Positions 45,961 to 54,429 of a stretch of DNA of 64,000 nt are shown one piece after another (positions within the stretch are counted from its first letter, which is position 1; each line of letters starts with the position of its first letter). The position numbers and the translations under genes were made by a program. The stretch is from assembly GCA_001687465.1 (NCBI GenBank), contig LVLI01000338.1:1-64000 (forward strand). Direction: 5' to 3'. The stretch comes from Halocafeteria seosinensis. Taxonomy: Eukaryota. The notes under the pieces were generated by a model. It was not told where the DNA came from and made no database searches. It saw only the letters and a list, made by a program, of their open reading frames with translations.

Positions 45961-47067
45961 CAGTCGTCCGACCCAACGGCAGCCAGCTCAACTCCAAGTG
46001 CCACCTCGACATCGACACCGAGTTCCACCTCGACGTCGACACCGACGTCTACATGGACGCCATCGCAGACACCTCCAAAGACATCTACCTCCTCGAGCTC
46101 TCCGTCTACAACGGTCACTCGAACAGCATCTTGGAGTGCAACACTGAGCTCCTCCGAGACACCATCTGGAACTGTTTTAGTTCCCAAAACTCCAAGATCT
46201 ACGATAACTACGAGTCCCTCAACAAGTTTCTCCAGTTCGATGACCATTTCACCGTCACGCTCAACATCGGGAACTACGGACAACACTGCTTCTACCAGTG
46301 TAAGCCTTACTTTGGCCACCGTTACGCTGTCGGGGTCAACGTCTGGGACAACTACATCCGCTGCGAGTTGCTCTGGTTCGGTGACGCCTTCCCTATCTTC
46401 GAGAACAAACTATATTGCGATGCATGCATCCCGCACTGGCGCGTCAAACAATTCAGACCCTATGGTGTCAGGAGTTGCTGAAGTGACTTTAACTTCCATA
46501 GTGAGCTGTATGGCCCTCCTGGCCTTAGCATTTATTCTCTCCCGGCGATCAAAGAATCGCAATATGTCCAAGCATGTCGACGATCCGAAAGTACTGTACG
46601 CAGCCCAGTTAGGTATATCCTTGAGCACAGTAAAAGTGATGTTCCCCGACACAGATGGAAACGCTGCATTCCAGATTCATCCTGTGAATGCTGATGACAA
46701 ACCTACGGAAGTAGCTCATGTGAACCTTCTACACCTTTGGGAAAAATCGTGCAAATCCTTCTCCAGACCGGTCGATTCCGTCGAACATTATACTAGAACA
46801 ACTGAAAACCAGTCCTTAGATCAAGCCCAGATTGTAGCTCCAACTTTAGATAGCGGTGGAAGAGAAACGGCAATCTCGGCGAAAGGAGCAGAGAGATCGA
46901 GGTCGGCTTCACTGGAAACTCCCACAGTCATCTTCGTGGAACGCAACGCTGAACCATTGAGCTTAGACGAAGTCCGAATTGTATCTACGGCTGCGCCAAA
47001 TTTGCAGCGAATTGATAAAACAGAATCTTCCGGCAAAACGGCATCACACTGTTGTCTCACCGGTTAG
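45961..47067 (+). pseudogene. Ectodomain-less stalk-TM-partial tail fragment (mosaic of E-like and F-like sequence)
   Basis: Open from a TGA at 45958 (QSSDPTAASSTPSA..TWTPSQTP) to a stop at 47067. It has a TM, LYAAQLGIS and VRIVSTAAPNLQR but lacks the LRQWK..EPPP block. Confidence 0.8.
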
Positions 47068-47122
47068 TCAGGCTTCTATTGGTGCTACTATCCACATTAT
47101 TCGGCACACCGCAGTTAGCCCT

Positions 47123-50100
47123 ATGATTCACTGCCGTTCGGGACGAGTTTTCGTAGTCAACAGAGAGATGAGCCGTTTGGTGTTAACCACTGAACCGCTC
47201 CCAGCAAATTGCGCTTTCCGAAACAGTACCCCGTCTGGAATGAAACCTTGTTTTCCGTATTTTCCTAATGGCAAGTTATTCCAAACGACGCGTACTGTTC
47301 TCCGGCTGGAGGCACATAATTACGAAGCTGATATTTCCTTTGACGCAAAGAAGGCTTTTGATGATGGCAAGGGCATAGAAAATATCATTGACTTGAAGGA
47401 CTTGCCGAGAGGGTCTAGTGAATGGTTATCCGCAGAAGCAGATAAAGCGTTGAGCGCAGGTCCGCAGGGTAGCTCTGCCGCAGGAAGAAATGTATTGAGT
47501 ACAGCGTCCATAGGTAAAGTGATGGCATTTCCTTCTATGTCTGTTGCATATACGTCTGGCGATTGGTCCTTTATTTCTTCGGAGGGTGAATCGCACTACG
47601 CGGCTCACTCATTCCCGGTGGTATATCCTCTGTTGATACTGTTATCAACATTATTCTGCGCCGCACAGTTGGCTAATATTTTGATCATGAGCTGTGTCGA
47701 CTACAACTACCACCATCAATACCGGTCATCGTCAGCGTCAGCGAATGAACTCGGAATTGAATCCCGCTGGAAGGGGATGGTCGGTCGAGGCATTGATAGG
47801 ATTTCTTCGAGCAGCAAGAAGTTGAAACGACGAAAAATCCGGTCATACATGTATTCCACAAAAAGTATCATACAGACGCTCTTGTGCCTTAGCACTCTGT
47901 CGATCTGGGTATGGAACCCTGTGGATGCAAATGATTTGTACAAGGATATTGTTGATGGGGAAGGAGCTTGTCTCCAGCAGGTACTCATTGACCATCTGTT
48001 CACCCACCTCAAGTGGGAGGACCAAAAGTACGATGCTGACACTCAGGTGTCCGTGAAGATAGGCGAGACATCTGATGGGGATGGTCGCGTAGGAAATCTT
48101 ATTGGCTTAGGCGAGAATTTGCTGCACTATTTCAAGGCCACATTGTTGCTTCCTGAGGCACGTCTTGCCGTTGAAAACGATGTGCGTACCAGAGAGTCTC
48201 TTTCGGCAGGTACAGGTATTCATTATGGTACATGCTCTTCACGAGGAGGCAGGGCCATCCCTGTGCCTCAAATTGGAATGGGAGTCATTCTTAGTGCAGC
48301 ATACCTATTCATTTCCGCTACTATTCTACTGGATGGCTACCCGAAAGAGTCAGGCCCTCGCTGTGTGGGTGACTACCATCGAACGTCACCCAGTATCTGC
48401 TTGTATGGTAAAGAAGAGGAGATTAGTGGTTTGAACTTAGTTTGCAGCGGGAAACGGAGACGAAGTAAACTCCAAGCTCGCCAAATGGCTGTTGAATCAA
48501 TCGTTATATATTTCACCACGTTGGCAGCTATGTTGATACTCCCCGGGAAATCGCTCGCTCAAGACTCCGATGATTTGCGAGACAGTATCGTAGACGGCAA
48601 TGAAACTTGTTTCCAGTATTTCCCCGCTGACAATCTCTTTCGGATGACCTGCACTGTGCTCAACTGGAACACCAGCTACAGCAATGACGATGACCACACC
48701 CACATTACGCTTAAGGCGAAAGAGACATTTGATGGTGGTGGTCGTGAAGGAAATATCATTGAGTTGGGGGACACTCAAAGCTTCCCTGGATTATTCCGGG
48801 GTGATAATGACATCGGATCTTTGGATGAGGCTCCGTTGATTCGAAATGTCCATGTCAAGAATGGGAAAACTGCATTTGCAGGTGGATTTATTGTTCAACA
48901 AGATCAAAAGTATTTTGTCGTGGATTCATGTAGCTCAACAGGAGAGATCACGGCTGAGCATGCTGGTGGTATATGTGGTAAGGCGGGTGGCGACGGAGGC
49001 CACATTACAATATCGAATTCCTATTCGACAGGGACAATACAGGGTGGATTTGCAGGTGGTATCGCAGGAGGAGGTGTAGGATCCTATAGTGGGACTGTGA
49101 ATATCACCCAATGTTATTCCACTGGGACAATCCGGGGATACTCAGCAGGTGGTATCTGTGGGGACAATGCTGGTCATGAGAAAGGTCTCGTGTATATCAC
49201 GCAATCGTATTCCACAGGAACTATTCCGGGGGACCATAGTGGTGGAATTACTGGATATGCTCCAGCGCTTAATGATGGTGAAGTACATATACAAGATTGC
49301 TATACGCGAGGACATATTGCGGGTGATACAGCAGGAGGGATTGCTGGGGCATACAGAGAAACAGGCAAAGTATACATAACAAATACGTATGCTTCCGGTA
49401 TCGTCCACCATCAAAATAGTGGTGGAATCATTGGAGAGATAAATGATATTGCAAATGGTGTCCTCAACGTAAAATATTCGGTGTATAATGGCTCGAATGG
49501 GGCCCCTTTGGTCAGAGACGACAACTCCCACGAGGGTGTCTTGAACACGACAGGCATTTCAAACACTTTGGATGATATACAGGGTCAACTGTATCATTTT
49601 AAGGGCGTCCAGAAATGGGATAATGAAATCTGGGCTCTCAATGGCGCGGATACTCTGCCCATTTTGCGCTTTCAATTGATGCAACCACTCGAGCCTGTTG
49701 CAACTGTGGAGCCAAGTCCTTGTGTTGAAGCCCAACCGACATCCCAACGGACACAATTATCGCCCGCAACTCCGGCAGGTACTCCCTCTTCGCCTTCCGC
49801 TCCTGCTGACTTGCGAAGTAGGATCCAAAATGGGAACGAGCGTTGTTTTCAGTATTTGCCCGACGAAAGTCTTTTTCGAATGACGTGTACTGTTCTCAAG
49901 TGGGAAACCAGTAGGTACGATAGGAACACGCACATTAAGCTCAAGGTAAATGAGACATTTGATGGTGGTGGTCGCAACGGAAATATCATTGAGTTGGGGC
50001 ACACTCACGACTTACTTGGATTATTCCGGGTTGAAAATGATGGTGATGACATTGAGTCATTGGATGAAGCTCCGTTGATTCAGAATGTCAATGTCAAGAA

Positions 50101-52963
50101 TGGGCGCATTGCAGAAGGTGGTGGGTTTATTGTTCGAGAAGACCAAAAATATTTTATCGTGGACTCGTGTAGCTCTACAGGGTTGGTCACTAAGCATTAT
50201 GCTGGTGGTATATGTGGTCGTCATGCGGGTCGCAACGGAGGCCACATTAAGATATCGAATTCCCACTCTACAGGGGCAATACAGGGTAAACATGCAGCTG
50301 GTATCGCAGGAGGAGGTGTAGGATCCCACAGTGGGACTGTGAATATCACCCAATGTTATTCCACTGGGACAATTGGAGGAACTCATTCAGGTGGTATCTG
50401 TGGGGATAATGCTGGTCATACGAATGGTCTCGTGTATATCACGCAATCATATTCCACAGGAACTATCGACGGGAAACAGAGTGGTGGAATTACTGGATAT
50501 GCTCCAGCGCTTAATGATGGTGAAGTACATATACGAGATTGCTATACGCGAGGAAATATTGCGGGCGATACAGCAGGAGGGATTACTGGGGCATACACAG
50601 GAACAGGCAAAGTATACATAACAAATACGTATGCTTCCGGTATTGTCCACCATCAAAATAGTGGTGGAATCATTGGAGAGATAAATGATATTGCAAATGG
50701 TGTCATCAACGTAAAATATTCGGTGTATAATGGCTCGAATGGGGCCCCTATGGTCAGAGACGACAACTCCCACGAGGGTGGCTTGAACACGACAGGCATT
50801 TCAAACACTTTGAATGATATACAGGGTCAACTGTATCAGTATAATGGCGTCCAAAAATGGGATAATGAAATCTGGGCTCTCAGTGGCACTGATACTCTGC
50901 CCATTTTGCGCTTTCAGTTGTCCCAATCGTCAAGGGAGCCGAGCTCAACTCCAAGCGCCATGCCGACACCGACGCCGACATGGACGCCGTCTGAGACACC
51001 TCGAAGAACTCCTACTTCATCGAGCTCATCGTCCACCACAGTCACTCCTACATCGTCTTGGAGTGCAACACCGAGCTCCTCCACATCTATAACGCCGTCT
51101 GAGACACCTCCAAGAACCCCGACTTCGTCGAGCTCATCGTCCACCACAGTCACTCCTACACGATCTTGGAGTGCAACACCGAGTTCCTCCACATCTATTA
51201 CACCTTCCGGAACCGCTTCGCTTTCGAAAACTCCAACATCAGCGAGAACTCAGAGTCCCACAACGAGTGTTTCGAGCTCCATGACTGTTTCTATGACTAT
51301 TTCGCCGTCCAGCTCGACGTCGCGAAGTCGGTCGGCGAAAACTCATTCTGCCACTAAAAGTCCTACTGAATCCAGCTCAACCACGTCCACACCATCGAGC
51401 TCAGGTTCTGGAACGGTTACCTTTACAACGAGTTTCTCTAGTTCGATAGCGCCCTCCGTAGCTACGAATGCAAGCTTTACTCCGAACATTCCACCTCAAG
51501 ACTCTCCTGCTGACGTGTCAAAGAATTCAGACCCAATAATGTCCGGAGTGGCCCAAGTCGGTTTGTCGTCCGCGGTGTGTTGCATGGCACTCATTGCTCT
51601 GATTTTCATTGTATACCGGCGCCGAAGGAACAGCTATATGACCAAGCGGGCTGATGACCCGAAGGAAGTGTATGCAGCTCAGTTAGGAATACCCTTGGAT
51701 AATGTCAAAGTTATGTCACAGGGAAAACATGGCGGTGGCAATTTTCAGATCCACACCCTTGGTGCTAGCTTCAGCCGTGCGGATGCATCCGTCTCAGAGC
51801 ATGGGGAAAACAAGGAAGCACATATACTCTCCAAAAATCCAGATGGTGAAATGATGGAGGTAGCTCATGTAAATCCTTTGGATTCCTCGCAAAAGCAGGC
51901 AGAATATCACGATTCACCTTCCTGGGATCAGCACAATATATCTGAGAAATTCTCCCTCAATAAGGGAACTGTTCACCGAAGAGACCTACGCAGAATCGAT
52001 GAGTGCAATGCTAGAGTGGCCAAAGATGACGCGAGCACGGCCTATGCGACCGTTGCTGAGGGTGCAAGTAATGGGATCGAAAAGCTAGGAGCTAGCAACT
52101 TTGCTGCTGAGGAACAAGCAACAAGTTCCATCGTCACTCAGAATGAGAATTTATCCGAATTCGAGCTGGCCAATATCAACCCACTGGCTTCCACTGCACA
52201 GCGGCAACAACCTCAACACGAAAGGGGATTCTCCGATCCAGCCCAGTATACATCTCAAATGTTCTCGCTGGCGCAGAAGCAAGCTCATCGCAGAGCCGTT
52301 GGACAAGATGCGACGCCACATGTAGATGCTGGTGTTGTCCAACCTGGTGCACTGATAGCTGGCGAAGTGTCATCTCCGTCGACTTCAGTGGGCAAACCCC
52401 AAGTGATGTTCGTGGAACCAGGCGCACAGAAAGCGTCGACGGATAAAGTTCGAATCGTTTCCGCTGCTCCGCCAAACCTGCAACGTGCTGATAAAACGAA
52501 GTCCCACGATGGGACATCCGTGGTTAAGGTTGCTTCAGTAGTGGATCTTGATACCTCGGAGATGAAACGCATCGACCGTATGCGGCTTCAGCTGAGGCAA
52601 TGGAAGGCTAGGCTGCTGGCGGAACCCCCACCTCTTGTCGAAGTGGAAGTGAACGATTCATCGTCTGCACAAAGTAGCGCAGGGCTCTGGAAAACGACCG
52701 CTGCTAATCGGGACTGTGGTTCCAGTACAGCTGTTGCTCAACTGGATTTTGCGAAGAGGGATATTCATAACACACGAAGCATGCTCTCTCAAGAGGCGAA
52801 GCAACACCGCCGCCGTAAATTTGAGATTGGGTATGTGTCGAAAAAGGAATTTGCCCCTTCATTGCCTTCGCAAAATTCTAGTGCTTTGGGACGAAGCGTC
52901 TCTTCGTTTTCCGGGAAGAAAACTGTCGCCGTTGGCTCACGTCGAGCTCGTAGTAGGCGTTAG
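47123..52963 (+). CDS. Family member F: long multi-hydrophobic leader, 2 recently duplicated GLUG-like modules, stalk, TM, conserved tail (alternative start ATG 48485)
   Basis: First in-frame ATG is 47123 (frame open from 46979). SIVIYFTTLAAMLILPGKSLA|QDSDDLRDSI precedes two modules. TM VGLSSAVCCMALIALIFIVY-RRRR. Tail MKRIDRMRLQLRQWKARLLAEPPPLVEVEV, KKEFAP. Confidence 0.9.
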   Translation: MIHCRSGRVFVVNREMSRLVLTTEPLPANCAFRNSTPSGMKPCFPYFPNGKLFQTTRTVLRLEAHNYEADISFDAKKAFDDGKGIENIIDLKDLPRGSSEWLSAEADKALSAGPQGSSAAGRNVLSTASIGKVMAFPSMSVAYTSGDWSFISSEGESHYAAHSFPVVYPLLILLSTLFCAAQLANILIMSCVDYNYHHQYRSSSASANELGIESRWKGMVGRGIDRISSSSKKLKRRKIRSYMYSTKSIIQTLLCLSTLSIWVWNPVDANDLYKDIVDGEGACLQQVLIDHLFTHLKWEDQKYDADTQVSVKIGETSDGDGRVGNLIGLGENLLHYFKATLLLPEARLAVENDVRTRESLSAGTGIHYGTCSSRGGRAIPVPQIGMGVILSAAYLFISATILLDGYPKESGPRCVGDYHRTSPSICLYGKEEEISGLNLVCSGKRRRSKLQARQMAVESIVIYFTTLAAMLILPGKSLAQDSDDLRDSIVDGNETCFQYFPADNLFRMTCTVLNWNTSYSNDDDHTHITLKAKETFDGGGREGNIIELGDTQSFPGLFRGDNDIGSLDEAPLIRNVHVKNGKTAFAGGFIVQQDQKYFVVDSCSSTGEITAEHAGGICGKAGGDGGHITISNSYSTGTIQGGFAGGIAGGGVGSYSGTVNITQCYSTGTIRGYSAGGICGDNAGHEKGLVYITQSYSTGTIPGDHSGGITGYAPALNDGEVHIQDCYTRGHIAGDTAGGIAGAYRETGKVYITNTYASGIVHHQNSGGIIGEINDIANGVLNVKYSVYNGSNGAPLVRDDNSHEGVLNTTGISNTLDDIQGQLYHFKGVQKWDNEIWALNGADTLPILRFQLMQPLEPVATVEPSPCVEAQPTSQRTQLSPATPAGTPSSPSAPADLRSRIQNGNERCFQYLPDESLFRMTCTVLKWETSRYDRNTHIKLKVNETFDGGGRNGNIIELGHTHDLLGLFRVENDGDDIESLDEAPLIQNVNVKNGRIAEGGGFIVREDQKYFIVDSCSSTGLVTKHYAGGICGRHAGRNGGHIKISNSHSTGAIQGKHAAGIAGGGVGSHSGTVNITQCYSTGTIGGTHSGGICGDNAGHTNGLVYITQSYSTGTIDGKQSGGITGYAPALNDGEVHIRDCYTRGNIAGDTAGGITGAYTGTGKVYITNTYASGIVHHQNSGGIIGEINDIANGVINVKYSVYNGSNGAPMVRDDNSHEGGLNTTGISNTLNDIQGQLYQYNGVQKWDNEIWALSGTDTLPILRFQLSQSSREPSSTPSAMPTPTPTWTPSETPRRTPTSSSSSSTTVTPTSSWSATPSSSTSITPSETPPRTPTSSSSSSTTVTPTRSWSATPSSSTSITPSGTASLSKTPTSARTQSPTTSVSSSMTVSMTISPSSSTSRSRSAKTHSATKSPTESSSTTSTPSSSGSGTVTFTTSFSSSIAPSVATNASFTPNIPPQDSPADVSKNSDPIMSGVAQVGLSSAVCCMALIALIFIVYRRRRNSYMTKRADDPKEVYAAQLGIPLDNVKVMSQGKHGGGNFQIHTLGASFSRADASVSEHGENKEAHILSKNPDGEMMEVAHVNPLDSSQKQAEYHDSPSWDQHNISEKFSLNKGTVHRRDLRRIDECNARVAKDDASTAYATVAEGASNGIEKLGASNFAAEEQATSSIVTQNENLSEFELANINPLASTAQRQQPQHERGFSDPAQYTSQMFSLAQKQAHRRAVGQDATPHVDAGVVQPGALIAGEVSSPSTSVGKPQVMFVEPGAQKASTDKVRIVSAAPPNLQRADKTKSHDGTSVVKVASVVDLDTSEMKRIDRMRLQLRQWKARLLAEPPPLVEVEVNDSSSAQSSAGLWKTTAANRDCGSSTAVAQLDFAKRDIHNTRSMLSQEAKQHRRRKFEIGYVSKKEFAPSLPSQNSSALGRSVSSFSGKKTVAVGSRRARSRR
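48570..50920 (+). repeat. Tandem duplication of the ectodomain module (period ~1240 bp)
   Basis: 49060-49680 is nearly identical to 50300-50920, including long identical runs such as acaggcaaagtatacataacaaatacgtatgcttccggtat. Confidence 0.95.
50984..51205 (+). repeat. 108-bp (36 aa) x2 stalk repeat
   Basis: acgccgtctgagacacctc at 50984 and 51092. Confidence 0.85.
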
Positions 52964-53439
52964 CTGAACTGGCTGACACCAGCCCACTCAAGGTCGTTTT
53001 TCATTTGCAAGAGGCTCAGCAAGGAGGGGAAGCCGCCAGTCTAGCCCAACTCATGTCCCTGACATTCTCATTGAAGGACCGTCGGCTTTGGTACCCAGGA
53101 TCGTAGTACAAACGAGAATGAAGACAGAATCGTGTGCATGCTCAGCGAAGATTTTCAGGCAACGTTCGAATTGGTTCCACTGTGCCTACGTTTGCAGCGT
53201 GTAAGGAAAATGAAGTCTCAGAACGAACTTGTCTTCTCCTGCGGGGTGCATTGTATTCACCACTTTAGCATCTATCGTGTACTGGGGGCGATTGAACAGC
53301 CATATGGTGCAACAAGGGGATCCTGTATGTAGAGATGTACTCCAAGGGTATGGGTAGTGAACTGCAAGTGTACACCCGCTGGATTCTCAGCCGAGCGCAG
53401 AACACGGCGAAAACGTGTAATCAACATATTATCCTGTCA

Positions 53440-54190
53440 GTTGGATAAAGGGCTATCCGATATAGAGCTGGCTAGCATTTATTCACCCTATGGTATGTCA
53501 AATTTACACCAAGCTCAGTACGAGAGCAGAGTGGAGAGGCAAGCCTCACCTTCAGGTCGGGATACATCTCAACCTACTCGCTGGCGAAGAACCATGTACC
53601 TAGAAGTTTACCTGGTAATGATTCGAAGCCATGCGTAAGCCGTAGTATAGTACAAGGCGGTACACCGGCAGATGTTGTAGAGGAGGCAAAGCGGCAGAGA
53701 GGAGTCTCCAAGTTGTCCTCGTGGAACCTGGCTCCCAAGCTACCTCTGCAGATAAAATCCGAATCATTTCCGCTTATATGCACGATGGAGGTAACACTAA
53801 GTCCGCAATGGAACCAGGGTTTAATGTTGCCGCTGTAGTTGATCTTGATACAGCGGAAATGAAACGCATCAACCGTAGGAGGCTGCAAGGCTTCTCGCGG
53901 AACTGTTATCTCTAGTGAAGTTCGAAGTAGATGGAAATCGCAAGAAGGACTGCTCCTAGTTCAACATATTCTATTGCTAGCAGTGGAGCTGTCGCTCAAA
54001 TAGGCCTTGCGAAACAGAAACCTCGTCGGAAGCATGACATTGGGTATGCGCCGAAGAAGGAATTTGCTCCTCGGTTACCTGCACGGAGCCCCCATTCCGG
54101 ACACAGCCTCTCGATAGTCCCCAAGAAAAACAACGGCAAAGTCTCGTCGTGAACGTGATAGGAATCGAGCCGCAAGAGGTCGAAAACTGT
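53440..54190 (+). pseudogene. Degraded tandem copy of the member F cytoplasmic tail
   Basis: LSDIELASI, VEPGSQATSADKIRIISA, VAAVVDLDTAEMKRINRRRL, then a frameshifting deletion, RLLAELLSLVKFEV, AVAQIGLAK..DIGYAPKKEFAPRLP. Confidence 0.85.
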
Positions 54191-54429
54191 CGCTTGGTGG
54201 TCAACATTTCTTTTTCTCTTAGACCCCTCGCCGTATACCGTATGCATGCATCATCCGCAAACTGAAGCAATTCCAGAAATATGTAATCTTTCAATAAACC
54301 ACTGTTTTCTACCGTCCGTAGGAAATTTGGTAGCTGATAGGTGGCACGTTTGGAAACCTGCTATGTATAAGCTGTACGGGTGTCGATCCGGGAAAAATAA
54401 GTGGACTGTACTTTCCCTACCTCATCGAT

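Noticed and set aside
48570..50920. Diversity-generating retroelement (TR/VR pair)
   Set aside because: The differences are not adenine-specific, both copies are coding within one ORF, and no reverse transcriptase is visible in the window.
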